From Methanobacteriaceae archaeon (GTDB lineage: Archaea > Methanobacteriota > Methanobacteria > Methanobacteriales > Methanobacteriaceae): 34,065 nt of DNA. Shown piece after piece: positions 26,647-34,065 of this stretch. The position numbers and the translations under genes are program-made. The stretch spans positions 1-34,065 of the forward strand of contig JAUYBK010000070.1 of the NCBI GenBank assembly GCA_030693105.1, given 5' to 3'. The notes under the pieces are model-generated. The model ran no database searches. It saw only the letters and a program-made list of their open reading frames with translations, and was not told the DNA's origin. Position 1 is the stretch's first letter, and each line of letters starts with the position of its first letter.

Positions 26647-28245
26647 ATGAAAGACAGTATCTACCGCGTAACCTGCAAGGGTGAAAGAAAGAACATAGAA
26701 TTCAAGGAAACCCTTAAACGGAACCATCATCTTGAAACAGAACGTAAACAGCAGTTGGCTTCGCAAATGAAGTATCGGATGGAACGAGGAGACGGCGAAG
26801 CAATTTATTTTATTGGCGTTTACGATGATGGGCGTTTAAAAGGCCTTGAAAGATTAGAAATGGAAGAATCTCTTTTTGTACTGGACCAAATTGCCAAAGA
26901 AGCTGGTGCAACCATTTCAGATGTTGAAAAACATCCTTTAGAAGATAATAACAAAAAAAAAGTTGCCAAAGTTCTAATTGAAAAGCCCCGCAAGACTAAA
27001 CGGGAACATCTGCTTATTGGTGTCGCCGGACACGTGGATCATGGTAAAAGCACCCTCATAGGCACTTTAACTACCGGAAAACTGGATAACGGGTCAGGAA
27101 GTACCCGTATATTTCTGGACGTCCAGAAACATGAAATAGAAAGGGGTTTATCTGCGGATTTGTCCTTTGCAGTTAACGGTTACAAAGAGGGTAAACCAGT
27201 TAAAATTAAAAATCCACTGAATAAAAGGGACAAATCCAGAATGGTGGAAAACTGTGAAAAGTTAATTTCATTCGTGGACACCGTAGGCCATGAACCCTGG
27301 CTTAGGACCACTATTAGAGGAATCGTTGGGCAGAAGCTTAGTTACGGTCTCTTAGTTGTTGCTGCTGATCAGGGACCCACCCACATTACCAAAGAACACT
27401 TAGGGATTATACTGGCTATGGACCTTCCGGTGCTGGTGGTTATGACCAAGATAGATCTGGTAAGTGGACCAAGAGTTAAAGAAGTTCAGAGGGAGATTTT
27501 TGACCTTTTGAAGCTGGTGGGAAGAATTCCTTACCCCTTACAAAACTTGCATGATGCGGATTTCGTTGCCGAAAACATGAACCAACACTTGGTTCCCTTT
27601 ATCAAAGCTTCACCCGTTACGGGGGAAGGTCTAGAACTTCTTGACAGGCTTTTCTATAGTTTGAAAATACCCCTACATGATGATGAATCCCAAAAGCCGT
27701 TCATGATGTATATTGACAAAATATACTCAGTAACTGGTGTTGGAACTGTCTTAAGTGGTACGGTCCGACAGGGGAGTGTTAAAAAAGGAGATGAACTCTT
27801 AATTGGACCACTTAATTCGGGGAAGTTCGTTCCAGTTAGTGTGCGGACCATAGAAATGCATCATTACCGTAAAGACGTTGCTGAGGTGGGAGAAATAGTT
27901 GGTATTTCCATAACGGGCGTTGATATGGATGATATTAGGAGAGGAATGATTATATGCCATCCAGATTACGATCCACAAGCTATTAGGGAGTTCGAAGCTG
28001 AAGTGGCTATTTTAGTACACCCCACTACCATAAGCGAAGGTTACGAATGCATTACTCACATCGAGACTCTGGCTGAGACCACCTGGTTCCAGCCCCTGGA
28101 TAAAAACTATTTATCAGCCGGGGATACCGGTAAAATACTGATGAAATTTAAATACCGTCCTTGCGCTATTAGAGAGGGTCAAAAACTAATATTTAGAGAG
28201 GGTAGGAGTAAAGGAGTGGGTACTGTAACCAGAGTAATTATTTAA
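26647..28245 (+). CDS. Archaeal GTPBP1-like translational GTPase
   Basis: [26 protein letters not shown]; N-terminal NIEFKE domain; EF-Tu-like domains II and III ending [10 protein letters not shown]. Confidence 0.92.
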   Translation: MKDSIYRVTCKGERKNIEFKETLKRNHHLETERKQQLASQMKYRMERGDGEAIYFIGVYDDGRLKGLERLEMEESLFVLDQIAKEAGATISDVEKHPLEDNNKKKVAKVLIEKPRKTKREHLLIGVAGHVDHGKSTLIGTLTTGKLDNGSGSTRIFLDVQKHEIERGLSADLSFAVNGYKEGKPVKIKNPLNKRDKSRMVENCEKLISFVDTVGHEPWLRTTIRGIVGQKLSYGLLVVAADQGPTHITKEHLGIILAMDLPVLVVMTKIDLVSGPRVKEVQREIFDLLKLVGRIPYPLQNLHDADFVAENMNQHLVPFIKASPVTGEGLELLDRLFYSLKIPLHDDESQKPFMMYIDKIYSVTGVGTVLSGTVRQGSVKKGDELLIGPLNSGKFVPVSVRTIEMHHYRKDVAEVGEIVGISITGVDMDDIRRGMIICHPDYDPQAIREFEAEVAILVHPTTISEGYECITHIETLAETTWFQPLDKNYLSAGDTGKILMKFKYRPCAIREGQKLIFREGRSKGVGTVTRVII

Positions 28246-29098
28246 GCTCTTTTTCTATTTTTTCTTTCATTTCACATGCTTTACAAAGTGAGATTGATGA
28301 AGGCTCACCACAACGCTCACATTCGTAAAGTTTAATGGTTTTTTCTGATCTGTCAAATCGGAAGGTTTTCTGGAAAGAATTTAATATGTTCCTTTTAGTT
28401 CCCGGGCGCTTCTCCTCCAGCCCGTTAAGGTAATTTTTCAAATTTGAACGAAAAGATGTGTAAGCATAGGGGCACTCCGCCATGTGAACTTCTATATCAT
28501 TTAAAACTGCCCAGATACCCACTTCTTTTTCTAGAATCATCCACAGGGGCTTGATACGGGGCACCATTTTGGGGTGGATTCTATCCAGTTTTGGTCCGAA
28601 CTTATTGAATCTCCGGGTGTCCGCCCGGGCAAAACTCATTAAAAAAGATTGGACTTCATCGTCCAGATTATGACCCGTGGCCAGTTTATCTGCGGATAAT
28701 TTATGAGCAGCCCGGTTTAAAAGATAGCGACGGAAAACTCCACAGGGAACACATGCTGTTTGATAGAATTTAGCGGCCTGATCCAGAGTTAAGGACATTT
28801 CATCTTTTAAAGAGACTTCTACTAGTTCTATTCCTAATTTAAGAGAGTGTTCCCGGGCTAGTCTTAGCCCATCTTCTCGGTAGCCCCCGATTCCTTCGTC
28901 AACGGAGATGGCCAAAAGTTCAAAATCTAGTTTGTTTTTAAGTTCTTGAAGAGCGTATAATGTTAAAACACTATCTTTTCCACCGGAAAGGGCCACAGCT
29001 ATCCTATCCTCTTTATCTATAAGGTGGTAGTCTTTAATTACACTTTCAATCCTTTTTTTGATGTCCTGATTGAAATCGCCCCGGTCCAGGGATCTCAT
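28238..29098 (-). CDS. TtuA/NcsA-like tRNA 2-thiolation PP-loop enzyme
   Basis: [31 protein letters not shown]-terminal CERC...CKAC. Confidence 0.88.
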   Translation of the reverse strand: MRSLDRGDFNQDIKKRIESVIKDYHLIDKEDRIAVALSGGKDSVLTLYALQELKNKLDFELLAISVDEGIGGYREDGLRLAREHSLKLGIELVEVSLKDEMSLTLDQAAKFYQTACVPCGVFRRYLLNRAAHKLSADKLATGHNLDDEVQSFLMSFARADTRRFNKFGPKLDRIHPKMVPRIKPLWMILEKEVGIWAVLNDIEVHMAECPYAYTSFRSNLKNYLNGLEEKRPGTKRNILNSFQKTFRFDRSEKTIKLYECERCGEPSSISLCKACEMKEKIEKELK

Positions 29099-29134
29099 AA
29101 AATGATATATAGGCCCGTGGACATAAATAAAAGT

Positions 29135-29434
29135 ATGATATGCGCAGAACTGAGCATAATTCCCATAGGAACCGCTGGTACCAGTTTAAGCCACTACGTT
29201 GCTGCGGCAGTTGCTGCACTGGAAGAAACTGGTATAAAATATGAGTTAAGTGGAATGGGTACTCTTCTAGAAAGTGAAGACCCTGAAGAGCTGTTCTCAG
29301 CCATAAAAGCCGCCCACGAAGCAGTTTTTAAAGTAGGTGCCCTCCGGGCGGCTACTAGTGTTAAAATTGATGACCGTCGGGACAAGGATAAAGGGTTGTC
29401 GGAGAAGGTTAAGTCAGTTGAAGAGAAGCTTTGA
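29135..29434 (+). CDS. MTH1187/YkoF-family thiamine-binding protein
   Basis: AELSIIPIG...[27 protein letters not shown]; start set at ATG 29135 to avoid overlap with the divergent gene. Confidence 0.9.
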   Translation: MICAELSIIPIGTAGTSLSHYVAAAVAALEETGIKYELSGMGTLLESEDPEELFSAIKAAHEAVFKVGALRAATSVKIDDRRDKDKGLSEKVKSVEEKL

Positions 29435-29658
29435 ATGGGTTTTTAGAGTTGATCTTAAATTTGATTATCTAACTACATCACTAAATAATTTTTTAGACAA
29501 TTTCTGGTCATTTTTCGGCCTTCAATGCCGATAAATGCAATATACACTTTCCAGAATATTGCTATAACCAATGATATTTTATAATCTTAGGGAACTATAT
29601 TTTTAGGGAACTCGATTTGTGATTTCCATATCATTGCTATAAGGAAAAACATCAAATC

Positions 29659-30753
29659 CTAAAACAACTCATCCCCGGCTTCCCCCAAAACACTGACTAA
29701 CTTTTCCACATCTTCCACACTCAGACCGGGATGCACCGGTATAGATAATACTTCTTTAGCCGCCTTCTCAGACTCAGTGCAACTAGCAGTGTACCCCAAA
29801 TCCTGGTAGAGTTTCTGCTTGTAGATGGGTAGGGGGTAGTGTATTCCCGTTCCAATACCATTTTCATTGAGAAACTTCATGAATTCGTCCCGTTTACCAT
29901 CTGAAACACGTATGGTGTACTGGTGAAACACGTGTTTTACTCCTTCCGAAACGTAGGGGCCTTCTATACCGTCTATTTCCTTTATTTGTTCCGTCAAGTA
30001 TTCGGCATTTTCTATGCGCCTATCATTAAAATCATCCAGCCTTTCCAGTTGAACCAATCCAATTGCGGCAGATATGTCCGTCATTCGGAAATTGTATCCC
30101 AGAATTACGTGACTGTAACGTTCCTCTTCACCGTGAGCCCGTAATATTCTGATTTTATCAGCCATCTTTTTGTTATTCGTAGTTACTAGGCCACCTTCAC
30201 TGGTAGTCATGTTTTTTGTGGGATAAAAACTGAAACAGCCCATTTCACCCCATGATCCAACCATTTTACCGTTATAAAGTGCACCATGTGCCTGGGCAGC
30301 ATCTTCGATTACCACCAACCCGTTTTCATCAGCTATCCTAATAATTTCATCCATAGCGGCTGGCTGACCATAGAGGTGAACCGGGAGGATGGCCCTAGTT
30401 TTATCGGTAATAGCACTTTTTATCTTGGCTGGATCCAGGTTGTAGGTTTTCGGATCAATATCTACGAAAACTGGACGGGCGCCCACATATAGAATACAGT
30501 TACCAGTCGCTGCAAAGCTGAAAGGAGTGGTTATTACTTCATCCCCTTCTCCCACACCTGCAGCATGCACAGCAAGGTGCAGAGCAGTGGTGCCGGAGCT
30601 GACCGCCACCGCATATTTTACTCCCACGTATTCGGCGAATTTTTCCTCAAATTCGGCCACGCGAGGGCCTTGGGCAATAATTCCCGATTTTAATACATTT
30701 ACCACTTCTTCTATTTCTTTTTCACCGATAAGGGGTTTGGCAATGGGGATCAT
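29659..30753 (-). CDS. DegT/DnrJ/EryC1/StrS PLP-dependent sugar aminotransferase
   Basis: [30 protein letters not shown] (PLP Lys), GYNFRM. Confidence 0.96.
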   Translation of the reverse strand: MIPIAKPLIGEKEIEEVVNVLKSGIIAQGPRVAEFEEKFAEYVGVKYAVAVSSGTTALHLAVHAAGVGEGDEVITTPFSFAATGNCILYVGARPVFVDIDPKTYNLDPAKIKSAITDKTRAILPVHLYGQPAAMDEIIRIADENGLVVIEDAAQAHGALYNGKMVGSWGEMGCFSFYPTKNMTTSEGGLVTTNNKKMADKIRILRAHGEEERYSHVILGYNFRMTDISAAIGLVQLERLDDFNDRRIENAEYLTEQIKEIDGIEGPYVSEGVKHVFHQYTIRVSDGKRDEFMKFLNENGIGTGIHYPLPIYKQKLYQDLGYTASCTESEKAAKEVLSIPVHPGLSVEDVEKLVSVLGEAGDELF

Positions 30754-30933
30754 TTCATCACTCGAATTTTTTTATAGTAAAATTACTTTAGAGACTTTTT
30801 AAACGTAAAGTAACAAAATACTACTTATAACATCTTATTTTCATTCCTTTTTTTCAATATATAAATTCTGCCCTTCCTCAAATTGGAATGACTAAGAACC
30901 TTAATAAAATCCCATAAACACATTTAAAGGGAT

Positions 30934-31851
30934 TTATCTGGGGAAAACATTCCATAAGTCATCCTTTCTATTCCAGAATAGTAGCACGATCATTAAAAAC
31001 ACGGCCAAAATCAGGAAGGGTATGCCGGTGAATGGATTGGATGACGGAGCAGTAACCAGAGAAGGTAACCCAGGTAATCCCGAATCTGCAGAATTAAATA
31101 TAATGGCAACAAATAGATTATTTACAATATGAACTCCCGTGGCCGTTTCTATGCCGTTGTCAGCCAAGGTGATGGTCCCCAACATAAATCCGATGATGAA
31201 TGTGGATATTACAATGAAAAGACCCTGATCGGTACTACTGCCATTAAAGAAGTGAACCAGGCCAAAAAGTAGGGAAGTGACCAACAACGGGATTACCGGC
31301 CTTTTAGAGATAAGACTTACCCCTTGCATCAAGTATCCGCGGAATAATATTTCTTCAAAGGACGCCTGTACTGGAAATGTTAAAAAACTCAAAATCAGAA
31401 GGATGGAAAAAGCCTTAGGATTAGGAGAAAAGTGATAAGAAGCGGGGTTAATTAACAAATCAGGTAAGGTCAGTAAGCAAAGTATTAAAAACCATAGAAA
31501 AGCTCCTTTAAAGAGCATTTTCCAGCGGAAGTTTTCACCATAATTTATGAGTATCTTAAAGTTTTTATGATGTAAAAATCGGATAAACAGGTAAAATAAT
31601 ATAAAAGAAAAGGTGTAGGTAACGCCAGTTAACAGAATCAGGAATAATGGATTGGATATGGAGATCAGGCTGTTTATAATGGCTGGGGTTATCCCTGGAA
31701 AAAATAAAATACTGTAAATTAAGACAACTACTATTATAAAAACCCCGGCAGCTATGCTGGCCAATCCCAAAGAGCCCACGGCAGTCAAAAGATATCTCCA
31801 CCAGCCGTTTTCTCCGGTTTTTGCATTTTCTAAAAAAGGTAACCTTGACAA
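30934..31851 (-). CDS. CPBP/Abi (CAAX type II) intramembrane metalloprotease
   Basis: EEILFRG, FGLVH, HIVNN motifs in a multi-TM protein. Confidence 0.92.
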   Translation of the reverse strand: MSRLPFLENAKTGENGWWRYLLTAVGSLGLASIAAGVFIIVVVLIYSILFFPGITPAIINSLISISNPLFLILLTGVTYTFSFILFYLFIRFLHHKNFKILINYGENFRWKMLFKGAFLWFLILCLLTLPDLLINPASYHFSPNPKAFSILLILSFLTFPVQASFEEILFRGYLMQGVSLISKRPVIPLLVTSLLFGLVHFFNGSSTDQGLFIVISTFIIGFMLGTITLADNGIETATGVHIVNNLFVAIIFNSADSGLPGLPSLVTAPSSNPFTGIPFLILAVFLMIVLLFWNRKDDLWNVFPR

Positions 31852-31936
31852 CTTATACCTCCACTAACACCTAGCTCATTCTATAATCATTAGGGATCAA
31901 TATAATATGAAGATGGAATGCTTTGAGGTTTAATTT

Positions 31937-33097
31937 ATGGATCATATGCTTATAAATGAGGGCCAGGTTAGGATAAAGGTTCCCTTCTTTGAGAAGGTAT
32001 CCTCCCGAGCCCCAGTATTCTACAACCCGGTTATGGAACTTAACCGGGACCTTTCGGTGCTGGCTTATAACCAATTTCAATCGGAAATCGATTCCGATTT
32101 ATATATCTGCGATGCCTTCGGTGGAAGTGGTATAAGAGGTATCCGCTACTCTAAAGAGGTTAAAGGTACGCAAAACGTGGTTATCAATGATATTAATCCT
32201 CAAGCAGTGGCCATGGCCCGGGAAAATGCTGCTGAAAACGGTTTGGATAACATTACCGTCTGCGAGAAAGACGCCAACATCCTACTTCGCCGGTGCAAAG
32301 GAAAGTTCAACGTGGTGGACATTGATCCATTCGGCACCCCGGCCCCTTTCATAGATTCCGCCGCGGTGAACTTACCCCGAGATGGACTTTTGGCCGTGAC
32401 GGCCACTGATACTTCTGCTCTGTGCGGTACTTATCCCGAACCCTGCTTGAGGAAATACAGTTCTAAGCCACTGAAAACTGAGTACTGTCACGAAACCGGG
32501 CTCAGGATACTGGCCGGATTTTTATCATTTGCTTTTGCCAGGTACCAGAAATATTTAACCTTTAAATTCACACACAGCACTGAACACTACTTGCGCCTGT
32601 ACGCTTCTGTGCGTAAAGGTGCTAAAAAAACAGACCTTAACCTAAAAGAGATGGGTTACATTGGACACTGTTTTAGTTGCCTTAACCGGACGATCCACAA
32701 GGAAATGAACCCCCCAGCCGGGGCCAAATGCCCCAAATGCGGCGGTCGGATGCGGGTAGCAGGGCCATTGTGGTGTGGTGAGATCCAGAACTCGGATTTT
32801 ATATCCGGAATGATCCAAAAAGTCGAGCAAATACCTATAAATCAGGAAAATAAGGCCATTAAACTGTTAGAACTGTGTAAATCAGAGGTGGGAACTCCAC
32901 CCACATTTTACGATATCCACGCGGTCTGCAGCAAGCTCAAAACCAGCGCACCATCCCTAATGAGCGTCTTGGATCTTTTGAAAGAGGAAGGTTATGTGGC
33001 CTCCCCCACCCACTTTACTCCCACCGGTATAAAGACTTCAGCACCCCTGGAAGTAGTGGAAACGGTTGTTAAAAAGTTAGTAGCTCAAAAAGGTTAA
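31937..33097 (+). CDS. trm1: tRNA (guanine-26-N2)-dimethyltransferase
   Basis: VFYNPVMELNRD, GGSGIRGIRY, DIDPFGTP, VTATD, internal CxxC zinc finger, GPLW. Confidence 0.95.
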   Translation: MDHMLINEGQVRIKVPFFEKVSSRAPVFYNPVMELNRDLSVLAYNQFQSEIDSDLYICDAFGGSGIRGIRYSKEVKGTQNVVINDINPQAVAMARENAAENGLDNITVCEKDANILLRRCKGKFNVVDIDPFGTPAPFIDSAAVNLPRDGLLAVTATDTSALCGTYPEPCLRKYSSKPLKTEYCHETGLRILAGFLSFAFARYQKYLTFKFTHSTEHYLRLYASVRKGAKKTDLNLKEMGYIGHCFSCLNRTIHKEMNPPAGAKCPKCGGRMRVAGPLWCGEIQNSDFISGMIQKVEQIPINQENKAIKLLELCKSEVGTPPTFYDIHAVCSKLKTSAPSLMSVLDLLKEEGYVASPTHFTPTGIKTSAPLEVVETVVKKLVAQKG

Positions 33098-33117
33098 TTT
33101 TAAAATAAAATTGAAGA

Positions 33118-33150
33118 GGGGGTGAAAAAATTATTCCCCCACTTTTTTTT
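33118..33150. terminator. GC hairpin and T-tract between convergent genes
   Basis: GGGGG (33118-33122) and CCCCC (33136-33140) followed by T8. Confidence 0.55.
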
Positions 33151-33841
33151 AATATTCGTAGTCTAGCATGCCGTTGGTGTAATAATACTGTAATTCGGAT
33201 GCGTGCTGCAGTTCAAAGTTTCGGTAGGGCAAACTAAAGTAAGGCTGGATCATCCCTTTAAGGATGTAGTAATAGGCAGCAACCCGCCCATACTGGTACC
33301 AGGATATTTGTACATAGAGTGGAAATCCACATCCCTGATTGATTATAGGATTACCAGCACGGGCCGTTCCATGGTACACCATGGGTATGGGTCCTTGTTG
33401 ACCATTTTTAGCCGCTAAGTTGTTGACGTAAGCCATGGCATCGTCGTAATTATCGAAGACCAGACCGTCAGCCTTGTACTGCCACCGGTCCTTTGGTATA
33501 CCAAATACGAAAGTCTGCAGTACGTCATTCCAATCAATGTCTGTTTTGGCCTTATTAACCTTATCTACAAAGGCCAGTTCGATTATGGTTACATTATCTT
33601 CCTTGTAATGACGGTAGTTGGAATCCCCTGCGAAGTGGACTACCAGGGCACATTTTGATCCCCTCTGTTGGGCATACTGGGCCAGGAGCTGGGAGTGAGG
33701 GTGTCCAGGATACATGTCCGGGTTAGCTAATTTAACAAATCCTAATCTCCCTATCGGGTCAACAGGACCCATGAGACTGGATAAGAACAGATAACCCCCA
33801 AACAGTACCAGGATCAGTACTATAATAAGCTGCCATTTCAA
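33149..33841 (-). CDS. Hypothetical protein with N-terminal membrane anchor or signal peptide
   Basis: MKWQLIIVLILVLFGGYLFL then a soluble Tyr-rich domain; TTG 33841 follows SD AGGTGA (track start GTG 33850 lies in that SD). Confidence 0.8.
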   Translation of the reverse strand: MKWQLIIVLILVLFGGYLFLSSLMGPVDPIGRLGFVKLANPDMYPGHPHSQLLAQYAQQRGSKCALVVHFAGDSNYRHYKEDNVTIIELAFVDKVNKAKTDIDWNDVLQTFVFGIPKDRWQYKADGLVFDNYDDAMAYVNNLAAKNGQQGPIPMVYHGTARAGNPIINQGCGFPLYVQISWYQYGRVAAYYYILKGMIQPYFSLPYRNFELQHASELQYYYTNGMLDYEY

Positions 33842-34065
33842 TATATTCACCTAAGTATGATTTATCTGATATTTTATAGTATCCGTATGGATAATTTTCT
33901 TCATGAAAAATCGAGTTAATTTATATATTATAGCCCTGTTCTAACCTTTAAAGGTTGTGATCTACGAAATGTGAATGAGACTTCTAAGCCCCTTTTATAA
34001 AATTCTGATTTATTTAGATCCCTAAAACAATATTTTAGTAGACTTAGCCTAATTTTTTCACCTTT

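Noticed and set aside
26647-27000. N-terminal NIEFKE domain of the GTPase as a defence nuclease fusion, or the gene as selB
   Set aside because: This N-terminal domain is normal for the GTPBP1 family, and no Sec signals are present.
29024-29134. N-terminal extension of the MTH1187-family ORF
   Set aside because: Overlaps the divergent gene; family similarity begins at ATG 29135.

Overview
Core methanogenesis region of a hydrogenotrophic Methanobacteriales archaeon (most likely Methanobacterium; inferred from protein families and a gene order matching the Methanothermobacter mcr-mtr locus). Left to right: mvhDG and the 5' part of mvhA (F420-non-reducing hydrogenase), a divergent smsCB/sufCB Fe-S scaffold pair, a multiply broken fae pseudogene, a PRC-barrel gene, cobY, methanogenesis marker 14, a USP, a cation/Ca2+ antiporter, the full mcrBDCGA (isoenzyme I) and mtrEDCBAFGH operons, mmp10, a DUF134 HTH protein with Cys-rich tails, a metallophosphoesterase, mmp7 with a coupled hypothetical gene, TRAM, comB, TraB, a DUF1922 zinc ribbon, a GTPBP1-like GTPase, a TtuA/NcsA-like thiolase, an MTH1187-family protein, a DegT aminotransferase, a CPBP protease, trm1 and a membrane-anchored hypothetical. 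I saw no RNA genes, CRISPR or intact mobile elements. Most genes are well known. The best leads are: marker 14 has ASKHA ATPase motifs like B12-enzyme reactivases and sits between mtr and cobY; the DUF134 gene has a perfect palindromic operator with a similar palindrome in the mcr leader; two genes appear to start at CTG; there is a 31-bp palindrome at the mvh promoter; and a degenerate zinc-finger micro-ORF is missed by the ORF track.
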